Below are positions 38,581 through 46,325 of a stretch of 64,000 bases of DNA, one piece after another. The translations under genes and the position numbers were made by a program. Position 1 is the first letter of the stretch. Each line of letters opens with the position of its first letter. The notes beneath the pieces were generated by a model that was given only the letters and a program-made list of their open reading frames with translations, was not told where the DNA came from and searched no databases. Origin of the DNA: Fibrobacterales bacterium (GTDB taxonomy: Bacteria; Fibrobacterota; Fibrobacteria; Fibrobacterales; JAOPTW01); assembly GCA_051532055.1 (NCBI GenBank), contig JAOPTX010000016.1:1-64000 (forward strand). Direction: 5' to 3'.

Positions 38581-38850
38581 ATGAGATTGAAACCATTAAA
38601 TGCGCAGACAGCAATCACCGATATGATAGAACAATCACAATCGGTATATGATAGACCTGTTTTATCAGAAGAGGACTACAAGACTAAAATGCGCGACCTA
38701 CTTCCTGGTACAGCCCAATCTCAACTTGAATCAGATGAGCTTCAGCATATATCTGATATGGTTGAACGATACGAGCAACTTTCGAAACAGTATCATGACA
38801 GCGACGAACGAGTCACCCTTAGAAAATTGATACAACGCAAATCGGAGTAA
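38581..38850 (+). CDS. Hypothetical 89-aa helical protein
   Basis: ATG 7 nt after TATAAT. Stop is 3 nt before the glpK start, and its 3' end carries glpK's GGAG SD. Confidence 0.6.
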   Translation: MRLKPLNAQTAITDMIEQSQSVYDRPVLSEEDYKTKMRDLLPGTAQSQLESDELQHISDMVERYEQLSKQYHDSDERVTLRKLIQRKSE

Positions 38851-38853
38851 CAC

Positions 38854-40347
38854 GTGGCCGGTTACATTATTGCACTTGATCAGGGAACAACCAGTTCACG
38901 AGCAGTTCTTTTTACTGACACATTAGACCTTGTCGCCATTTGCCAAGAAGAGTTCCCCCAATGTTTCCCTCATGATGGCTGGGTTGAACACGACCCTGAA
39001 CAGATCTGGCAGAGTCAACACAATGTATTACTCAAACTCATTACAGAAAACAATATCTCACCTTCTGAAATTATTACCATCGGCATTACAAATCAACGAG
39101 AAACTACTATTGTGTGGGACCGCACAACAGGTACCCCCATATATAACGCTATTGTCTGGCAAGATAGACGAACAGCCCCTCTCTGTGAAGAACTTAAACA
39201 ACAAGGATTCACCGCTACTATTCAGGAAAAAACAGGTCTGGTGATCGATGCCTATTTTTCGGCAACCAAGCTGAAATGGATTTTAGATACGGTGCCCGGA
39301 GCTCATGAAAAAGCATTGAAGGGAGACCTCCTTTTTGGCACTGTTGACAGTTGGCTCATATGGAAGTTAACAAATGGTGCACACCATGTAACTGACGCAT
39401 CGAATGCCTGCAGAACAATGCTCTTTAATATATCTGATATGTGTTGGGACACTGAACTTTGTAATACTCTCTCTATCCCTATGGGAATGCTCCCCGAAGT
39501 AAGAGACTCATCGGGCTCTTTTGGTGAGTGGTTTCTGGATGGGGTTGCTATTCCTCTATCTGGAGTGGCCGGCGATCAACAAGCCGCTACCTTTGGACAA
39601 CGCTGCTTTGAAGAGGGAATGGTTAAAAACACCTACGGCACTGGCTGTTTTATGGTAATGAATACGGGAGCTAAACGAGTAACGAGTACTCAAGGGCTCC
39701 TTACTACTATTGCGTGGAGTTTAAACGGCATACCTACTTACGCCCTTGAAGGCAGTGTCTTTATCGCTGGCGCTGCTATCCAATGGCTCCGTGATGGCTT
39801 AAAACTTTTTTCAAATGCTCAAGAATCAGAGATCCTCGCACACCATGCAAACAAAGATGATCAGGTTGTGGTCGTTCCTGCTTTTACCGGACTGGGTGCA
39901 CCGTACTGGGATATGTACGCCCGTGGCGCAATTTTTGGATTAACTCGTGATACCGGCATAGAAGAAATTACTCGGGCCACTCTAGAATCAATCGCATTCC
40001 AAAGTTATGATATTTTACAGTGTATGCAAAGAGATAGTGAAACAACAATTCCTGCCCTGACCGTCGATGGCGGAGCAACTGCTAATAATTTCCTCATGCA
40101 ATTTCAGGCTGATCTCTTGGGTATTCCCATTGAGCGCCCCCTAATTACTGAGTCTACTGCACTTGGTGTAGCCGCTCTTGCGGGACTGCATCATTCACTC
40201 TGGACAATGGATGCATTAAAGAACAAACACATTGAAAAAACGTTTTCTCCATCAATTGATACAAAGTATAGAGCGGACCTCATAAAAAAATGGCATAGTG
40301 CAATTCAACGAGTTCTTTCAGACCCTGATCAATCACATGGAATGTAG
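38854..40347 (+). CDS. glpK: Glycerol kinase
   Basis: ALDQGTTSSR, ITNQRET, IVWQDRRT, YFSATK, GDQQAA, KNTYGTGCF, YALEGS, GLGAPYWD. Confidence 0.98.
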   Translation: MAGYIIALDQGTTSSRAVLFTDTLDLVAICQEEFPQCFPHDGWVEHDPEQIWQSQHNVLLKLITENNISPSEIITIGITNQRETTIVWDRTTGTPIYNAIVWQDRRTAPLCEELKQQGFTATIQEKTGLVIDAYFSATKLKWILDTVPGAHEKALKGDLLFGTVDSWLIWKLTNGAHHVTDASNACRTMLFNISDMCWDTELCNTLSIPMGMLPEVRDSSGSFGEWFLDGVAIPLSGVAGDQQAATFGQRCFEEGMVKNTYGTGCFMVMNTGAKRVTSTQGLLTTIAWSLNGIPTYALEGSVFIAGAAIQWLRDGLKLFSNAQESEILAHHANKDDQVVVVPAFTGLGAPYWDMYARGAIFGLTRDTGIEEITRATLESIAFQSYDILQCMQRDSETTIPALTVDGGATANNFLMQFQADLLGIPIERPLITESTALGVAALAGLHHSLWTMDALKNKHIEKTFSPSIDTKYRADLIKKWHSAIQRVLSDPDQSHGM

Positions 40348-40351
40348 ATAT

Positions 40352-40378
40352 AAAAAAAGGCCCTCTCTATAAAGGACC
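40352..40378 (-). terminator. Intrinsic terminator
   Basis: Minus strand GGTCCTTT-ATAG-AGAGGGCC (with G-U pairs) followed by T7, just after the 83-aa gene. Confidence 0.7.
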
Positions 40379-40400
40379 ATAGCATTAAGAGCACTAAACG

Positions 40401-40652
40401 TTATCCGTCTATTTTCCCTTTAACATCATTCACGTCATCTTGACTGACTCCCATTTCATCCATTACTTCTTGGAGTGCACCTGGATTCATCATCAATTCG
40501 CCAACAATTTTTTGAATTGCTGAAGGGTCGATACCCATTTCAGCTATTTTTGACATTGCCCCAAGTGGGTTTTCTTTGACCGCTGAGACGAGCTCTTGCG
40601 CTTGCTCAGGCGTGATATTAAGTTCTTTAAATATTTCTGATAGTTTAGACAT
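40401..40652 (-). CDS. Small helical protein resembling DUF2999
   Basis: ENPLGAM...MNPGALQEVMDEMGV pattern recalled from DUF2999 proteins. AGAGG SD. Confidence 0.65.
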   Translation of the reverse strand: MSKLSEIFKELNITPEQAQELVSAVKENPLGAMSKIAEMGIDPSAIQKIVGELMMNPGALQEVMDEMGVSQDDVNDVKGKIDG

Positions 40653-40706
40653 AGAAGACCTCTTTTTTAATTAATAATAGCAAATGGAATGATGTTTTTC
40701 ATTCCA

Positions 40707-41054
40707 TTACTCAATGATATACAGCTCAACTTCATCCTCACCAACACCATTCACAACGTCATCAGTTTGATCATACTCATACAATAGATCAAAATCACTT
40801 TCCATATCTTCAAGCATTAATATCGCATAGCGCTCTTGCATAAGGTCAACTTGCTGTGACAGGGGGGCATACAACAACACACCAATAATCCCGAGAACCA
40901 TCACTGTTATTGAACTCATAGTTTTGATACTATAAAAAAGTATTTGCCGTTGTTTCTGTTCATGAATAACAGCAGTACTAAAGTGAAGTTCCTCTGGAGA
41001 AACCGATTTGAAAAGGTTACTCAGTGACGATTCACTATATTTCTTATCAGACAT
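40707..41054 (-). CDS. Putative anti-sigma factor (single TM)
   Basis: Overlaps the ECF sigma stop. One TM segment (ITVMVLGIIGVLLY) and an acidic C-terminus. Confidence 0.6.
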   Translation of the reverse strand: MSDKKYSESSLSNLFKSVSPEELHFSTAVIHEQKQRQILFYSIKTMSSITVMVLGIIGVLLYAPLSQQVDLMQERYAILMLEDMESDFDLLYEYDQTDDVVNGVGEDEVELYIIE

Positions 41055-41568
41055 ATTCTCCCCCTCTATTCAGTAACACTACCATTTTTTGTTTTGCCTC
41101 ATGAATCCTTGATTTAGCTGTGCCTTCTTTAATATTCAAAATGATCGCAATTTCATTATATTGAAAACCTTCTATCTCCTTCAAAATCAGCGGTTCACGA
41201 TATTTCCCTTCAAGTTTTTGTAAGGCACTATTAAGATGGGCGACTTCTGGGCGTACCGAGGCTATTGCAGGGGCATGCAGCGATTCTTCAAAGACTTCAA
41301 CAGGCTTGAGATGCTTACGTACATACTGTAAACTCACATTGCGCACCAGTCCAAATAGCCAAGTACTAAATGCAGCATTCTCCTTAAAGCGCATCAATGA
41401 TTTTTGTAAGGCAATAAAAGACTCTTGTACCACATCATCTACACACCCTTTGTTACCAATGGTGTACATGACCATCCGCCGAACACCATCAAGATATCGT
41501 TCAGCCAATTGATCAAAGGCCGGTTTAGAGCCAGCCTTAATTTGTTGTATCAACTCACTATCAGTCAC
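41047..41568 (-). CDS. ECF sigma-70 factor
   Basis: TDSELI..IKAG..PAFDQL, DDVVQESF, FSTWL, YREPLILKEIEGFQYNEIA, GTAKSRIHEAK. Confidence 0.94.
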   Translation of the reverse strand: MTDSELIQQIKAGSKPAFDQLAERYLDGVRRMVMYTIGNKGCVDDVVQESFIALQKSLMRFKENAAFSTWLFGLVRNVSLQYVRKHLKPVEVFEESLHAPAIASVRPEVAHLNSALQKLEGKYREPLILKEIEGFQYNEIAIILNIKEGTAKSRIHEAKQKMVVLLNRGGEYV

Positions 41569-41602
41569 ACAGTACCTACGTTAAAATGAAAGTCCAACGT
41601 CT

Positions 41603-42106
41603 CTATTTATCCCAACCCTTACCATACTTGCCTCTCTTACCTTTATCACTGAGGCGATGCATAATGTATGTATCCCACTGGTCTTTAGTTAGAAGCTCTT
41701 TAATTTTAGCATCTTTTTCAAACTGTTTAATTTGAATCTGCGCCCATATATCACCACGTTTGTTGCAATTTTCAGTTATAAGGCCCATATCAAATGTATC
41801 ATTGAGTATCATTTTTTTAAGGACAATTTTATGTTCTTCCGATTCTAACTTCAGAAGGGCAACTTGTTTATGATGCGCACTCAAAATCACTTTCACTTGC
41901 TCTTGGGTTGACTTATCAAGCCCCAGCTTTTTAAAGAGTCTATTAAATTTAGGCCCTTTAGCCATTCGCTTGCACTCTTTATCTCCTTTTGGACACTCAT
42001 ATTTTTTACCACCGCCATCACCATACCTTTTACCATGGCCATATCCTAGGCCTTGAGCCACAACCATAGTTGCTGCAAGCATGAGTATCATTAGTAACTG
42101 TTTCAT
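41603..42106 (-). CDS. Spy/CpxP-like periplasmic protein
   Basis: Signal peptide from the ATG at 42106, Gly-rich linker, LGLDKSTQEQV and LLTKDQ (LTxxQ-type) motifs. Confidence 0.72.
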   Translation of the reverse strand: MKQLLMILMLAATMVVAQGLGYGHGKRYGDGGGKKYECPKGDKECKRMAKGPKFNRLFKKLGLDKSTQEQVKVILSAHHKQVALLKLESEEHKIVLKKMILNDTFDMGLITENCNKRGDIWAQIQIKQFEKDAKIKELLTKDQWDTYIMHRLSDKGKRGKYGKGWDK

Positions 42107-42217
42107 TGTATCACCTCTTTTATTAATCATTCTTTTTAACTATAAGTGTAATGGACGACCACTTTCGTTCGATAAAAATGAAAGTTATTTCACATTGTCT
42201 TATTTATTGGAATAATG

Positions 42218-42733
42218 CTATTCTGAGGTCAATAGGCGAATAGTATCTTCATATTCTGGAAATTCAGACAGCAAGTCATCTCGCTTTGCCAGCTCAAAAT
42301 CCGCAAAATCAAACCCTGGCGCAACAGTACATCCAACAAGAGCATAGTCATTTGCCTCTTCGAGAGATGCCCCAAACCAACAGCCGGCCTTTACCATTCC
42401 TTGAAACTGTTCTCCAGCATCAGGGTCAGAGCCAATTTTAAGATGAAAGAGCACTCCCATGGGGTCAATGACATGAACAATCAATGGAGTGCCGGTATAA
42501 AAATGCCATATTTCATCAGACTGAATACGATGAAAGTGAGATACTTGCGTACCTTCTAAAAGAAAATAGATAGCAGTGGAAGCTGACCGCACACCTGAAA
42601 ATCGTTCTGGGGGATTTTCTAGTTGATCGCCCGACCGATAGCTTTCAGCAAAATAGCCTCCTTCAGGGTGTTGAGTCATCTGCAATGATTCAATCCAATA
42701 GTCAGCGCTCTTTTGTTCTGTCACCTTTTTCAT
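42218..42733 (-). CDS. Cupin_5 (DUF985) family protein
   Basis: HPEGGYF, STAIYFLL, SHFHRIQSDEIWHFY, GCTVAPGFDFADFE. Confidence 0.93.
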   Translation of the reverse strand: MKKVTEQKSADYWIESLQMTQHPEGGYFAESYRSGDQLENPPERFSGVRSASTAIYFLLEGTQVSHFHRIQSDEIWHFYTGTPLIVHVIDPMGVLFHLKIGSDPDAGEQFQGMVKAGCWFGASLEEANDYALVGCTVAPGFDFADFELAKRDDLLSEFPEYEDTIRLLTSE

Positions 42734-44145
42734 TTTTCTACAACTCCGTTAAGGTAGTGTTCTAACTCATCCAATAATTCTTTTTGAGCATAGTCAAGAT
42801 TCTCATTTGATCTGAGTTCACCGATATCCCTATGAGCATCAATCAAAGTATACCGCTTATTCCCTCGAAAATCAATACTGTCAGCAGTACTATCTAATGC
42901 CTGCTTTAAGTAGGTAGTACAAGCGGTAAGAGATGGCCCCCTTAACGCATCTTTAAAATTTCTATAGAGAATTCGTTCAGCAAGTATATTTATGTGCGGT
43001 TGAGAAAACCCACCTACCAGTTCAATTTTCCGCGCAAGATCTCCGTTACGATATACATAGGAAAGTTCGTCATCCCCCCGCGGCACAAACCCTTTTGTAT
43101 AAAGAGCCGCATCAGGGTCAACCTGTTCAACATCATCGTACCGATACTCTTTATGGTAGGTAATAATCTTTTCCAAGAGAGTATCATGCTCTTTGAGCCA
43201 GGCGATGTTTTCCGTGACGAGTGCTGCTCTTTCATCACTCCAGTGACTTTTATATCGATCAAGTACCGGAAGCAGTATATCTGATCCATCTTTTTTACGG
43301 ATAACCCATGTCTCTTCTTCAATGGATGCTTCAGTCAATTCTGCAAAGGGAGTCCGGTCGAGAATAAGCCAGATTGTTTGGTTGGTGTAACTCTGGGATA
43401 GCCCAAGACTCAGTACAACATGTTGATACCCTTGTGCGGCCCCTGCCTTCACTTGTATCGCAATGGCCATAGTATGATATTTGGGGAGTAGCTCAGGTAC
43501 TTTTGTAAGTTTTTTTAGATATTCAGCCTCGACCTGTTTTTTAAATCCATTGGTAAGATAACGCCACATCTCACCCTCTTTAGAAAACCGCTGTGCCAGT
43601 GCAACTGTTGCTTCAACATCAACCATAGCATTATGAGCCTGCCCTGTTGCAAGATTATTTTCACTGCTTAAATATTCAAGTTTGAGGGTTGGCTTTTCCG
43701 CGACCGTTGGCCATTTGATTACTGAAGGCTTATAAAGGAAGTAGACCGCTGCAATAGGGAGTAAATCAAGCCTGCCACAATCATTATAAAATTGATGTTG
43801 ATACGGGCTCAGTAGATTACGATAAAACATAAAGCGTAAAAACTCGTCATCAAAACCCATTGTGTTATAGCCCACACTGATCGTTCCCGCTACATTCATG
43901 AGCTCATGAATGGCACAGGCAGCATCAAACTCACTCATACCACTTTTCAGGGCAGTCAGTGACACTCGATGAGTAATAGTTGCGTAGGGCGAAGGGATCA
44001 CATCGGGGCGCAGGGCTATTTTAAATTCATGCCGCTCGATTTCATGTAAATTCTGATCTGTCCGAATCGCAGCAAATTGCACTACCTGATCAAAGCATTT
44101 GTTGAGGCCTGTAGTCTCTAAATCGTAAAAAAGAAAGGTTTTCAT
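42730..44145 (-). CDS. sbcB: Exodeoxyribonuclease I (DEDDh 3'-5' ssDNA exonuclease)
   Basis: FLFYDLETTG, QFAAIRTD, GYNTMGFDDEFLRFMFYRNL, LKLEYLS, AHNAMVDV. Confidence 0.92.
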   Translation of the reverse strand: MKTFLFYDLETTGLNKCFDQVVQFAAIRTDQNLHEIERHEFKIALRPDVIPSPYATITHRVSLTALKSGMSEFDAACAIHELMNVAGTISVGYNTMGFDDEFLRFMFYRNLLSPYQHQFYNDCGRLDLLPIAAVYFLYKPSVIKWPTVAEKPTLKLEYLSSENNLATGQAHNAMVDVEATVALAQRFSKEGEMWRYLTNGFKKQVEAEYLKKLTKVPELLPKYHTMAIAIQVKAGAAQGYQHVVLSLGLSQSYTNQTIWLILDRTPFAELTEASIEEETWVIRKKDGSDILLPVLDRYKSHWSDERAALVTENIAWLKEHDTLLEKIITYHKEYRYDDVEQVDPDAALYTKGFVPRGDDELSYVYRNGDLARKIELVGGFSQPHINILAERILYRNFKDALRGPSLTACTTYLKQALDSTADSIDFRGNKRYTLIDAHRDIGELRSNENLDYAQKELLDELEHYLNGVVEK

Positions 44146-44333
44146 AATGAGAAATATACAATTTGTGAATGAGAACTTTGTGAAATGTACTTTTTAAGGC
44201 TTTACTAGGACCCTTTTGAATAAGTGACATAGTTGACAGAAGTTACGTATCCCCCCAATCTCTCCCATGATTTTTTCTAAGCAGCCTAAATTATTATTAC
44301 ATTTGGAATTAAGCACTTAGACCAGATACCACC

Positions 44334-45074
44334 ATGACCAAATCAATACTCATTGCTTTTATGCTGACCACTATCACTACTGTATTTGCGGTTCCTCCAA
44401 TAGAGGCTCTCAAACTGATAACAGCATACCCCGATCATCTTGATTATTATATTGAAGGCGATATTGTATGGCATGATGGCACGGTAACCCAATGGGATGA
44501 TGGCAAAAAGAAAAGCTTTGATGAAAAACTAACCAATGCTGATTTAGAAGATCAAATGAGTCAAACATATGACCGGGCAACAATCACCAAAGAGACCCGA
44601 AAAGATTTTGATCCAGGTCGTATTCGCTCGACACCCTTTTTTGAGACTATGTATGGAGGATCTGAAGTTGATGTTGACTTTAACATGGTTGAAGTCGAAT
44701 GGTTTGGCGAAAACCATAAAGTAACGACAGTGAATGATATTAATCTAAAACTGGCTGAAGTAGCAGACCGTTTAAAACATCATGAAGAGTACCTGAGCCC
44801 CAGTGCGGGAACGTACAACTTTCGTGTAATTGCAGGTACAAACCGATTGAGCTGTCATAGTTTTGGTATTGCTATTGACATCAGTATCAATGTGAGCCGG
44901 TACTGGAGATGGGACAAAGACTGGGAAACACGCCCTGGCCATATTTCAATACCAGATGATGCTCTTATGGAAATCATTGGGATTTTTGAAGAATTTGGCT
45001 TTATCTGGGGTGGCCGCTGGTATCACTATGATAGTATGCACTTTGAGTATCGCCCAGAGCTTTTAGTAAAGTAA
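44334..45074 (+). CDS. Secreted M15 family zinc peptidoglycan peptidase
   Basis: Signal peptide; DPGRIR; RLSCHSFGIAID (SxHxxGxAxD); FIWGGRWYHYDSMHFEYRPE. Confidence 0.9.
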   Translation: MTKSILIAFMLTTITTVFAVPPIEALKLITAYPDHLDYYIEGDIVWHDGTVTQWDDGKKKSFDEKLTNADLEDQMSQTYDRATITKETRKDFDPGRIRSTPFFETMYGGSEVDVDFNMVEVEWFGENHKVTTVNDINLKLAEVADRLKHHEEYLSPSAGTYNFRVIAGTNRLSCHSFGIAIDISINVSRYWRWDKDWETRPGHISIPDDALMEIIGIFEEFGFIWGGRWYHYDSMHFEYRPELLVK

Positions 45075-45100
45075 CGGCCCCTAAGAAAAAAAACATGCCA

Positions 45101-45133
45101 TGACAAATACTGTCACCGCTCCCATTCTATATT
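45101..45133 (+). promoter_or_regulatory. TGACA-N5-TGTCA box 2 plus -10 element, upstream of ssb
   Basis: TGACAAATACTGTCA (45101-45115), then 12 nt, then TATATT (45128-45133). Confidence 0.7.
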
Positions 45134-45161
45134 TACTATAGAACTAAACGGGAGAACAATT

Positions 45162-45551
45162 ATGGCATGTTTAAACAAAGTTACCCTCATTGGCAATTTG
45201 GGTGCAGATCCGGAAATCAAAACAACTGTGCAAGGTGTGAAACTCGCACGATTCAATGTAGCAGTTACCGAAAAATATAAAGATCAACAAAATCAGAAAC
45301 AAGAGAAGACCCAATGGTTTACCGTCATTCTCTGGAGACGTCTTGCTGAGATAGCAGAACAGTTTCTTAAAAAAGGTTCTATGGTCTATATTGAAGGCAA
45401 ACTGGAAAATTCGAGCTGGGATGATGAAAAAACTGGTGAGAAAAAATATAAGACTGAAATTCATGGACTTAACATGCAGATGCTTAGTTCATCAAAACAT
45501 GTTTCTGAATATGCTGTTGGTCATTCAAACATGAGTACTATGGCATATTAA
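45162..45551 (+). CDS. ssb: Single-stranded DNA-binding protein (short, no acidic tip)
   Basis: LNKVTLIGNLGADPE, TQWF, LAEIAEQFLKKGSMVYIEGKL, KYKTEI. GGGAG SD. Confidence 0.95.
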   Translation: MACLNKVTLIGNLGADPEIKTTVQGVKLARFNVAVTEKYKDQQNQKQEKTQWFTVILWRRLAEIAEQFLKKGSMVYIEGKLENSSWDDEKTGEKKYKTEIHGLNMQMLSSSKHVSEYAVGHSNMSTMAY

Positions 45552-46272
45552 TGCCATAATTTTTAAAGATATTCTTGTACAATCCTTGGCGCTTGATCGT
45601 TTTTAGACCACGGTTAAACGCCTCAAGAAGCTCCCTTGCGCGAACACTTTTTTTTGATATTCCAACATAGGACAAATGTCTCTGTAAAGGATTCTTCACC
45701 GCCTGAATGTGATGACTTTTGTCAACGTTAATAAGAATAGAGTTCGCAACTCTCTCAGTTTCGACAACAAGGTCCACACGTCCCTTGATGAGGCGGATAA
45801 AATTCTCTTTATTACTCACGTCCTCAACCCGCTTAAACGAAGTTGCACTATCAAATTCAGGACTATTGGCATATCCTCTACCAACCCCAATATGCAGGCC
45901 GCTTAAACTTTCTAATCCCCTGTACATAAACCCATCTGTTTTCCTCTTGTAAAAAAGCACTCGGAGTGTATCAATCGGCGTACTGTACAGCAAATATGAC
46001 TCACGTTCTTTGGTTTTATACACTCCCAAAATCGCATCATAACTTCCGACCTTCGTACCATGTAATGCTCTTGCCCAAGGAACAAAATTAAGCTTCACTG
46101 AATACCCAACTGATTTATATGCCGCAGTAACTATCTCAGTATAGAGCCCTCCTCGTTTATCCGATTCTGTAAGATAGGGTGGATAATCATATTGAATTGC
46201 CAAACGTACAACGGGTCTCCCTATTGCGCATCCAATCATTACAACTATGATTACTATTATTTTTTTAAGCAT
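45538..46272 (-). CDS. Periplasmic substrate-binding protein, family 3 (orphan)
   Basis: Signal peptide, DYPPY, GLYTEIV, PWARA, TKERE, GRVDL, FNRGL..IK..G.Y..I. Confidence 0.85.
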   Translation of the reverse strand: MLKKIIVIIVVMIGCAIGRPVVRLAIQYDYPPYLTESDKRGGLYTEIVTAAYKSVGYSVKLNFVPWARALHGTKVGSYDAILGVYKTKERESYLLYSTPIDTLRVLFYKRKTDGFMYRGLESLSGLHIGVGRGYANSPEFDSATSFKRVEDVSNKENFIRLIKGRVDLVVETERVANSILINVDKSHHIQAVKNPLQRHLSYVGISKKSVRARELLEAFNRGLKTIKRQGLYKNIFKNYGINMP

Positions 46273-46325
46273 AACTTACGCAGTTAAAACGAACCTATAG
46301 TGTACCATAATTTATCAAAATAATC

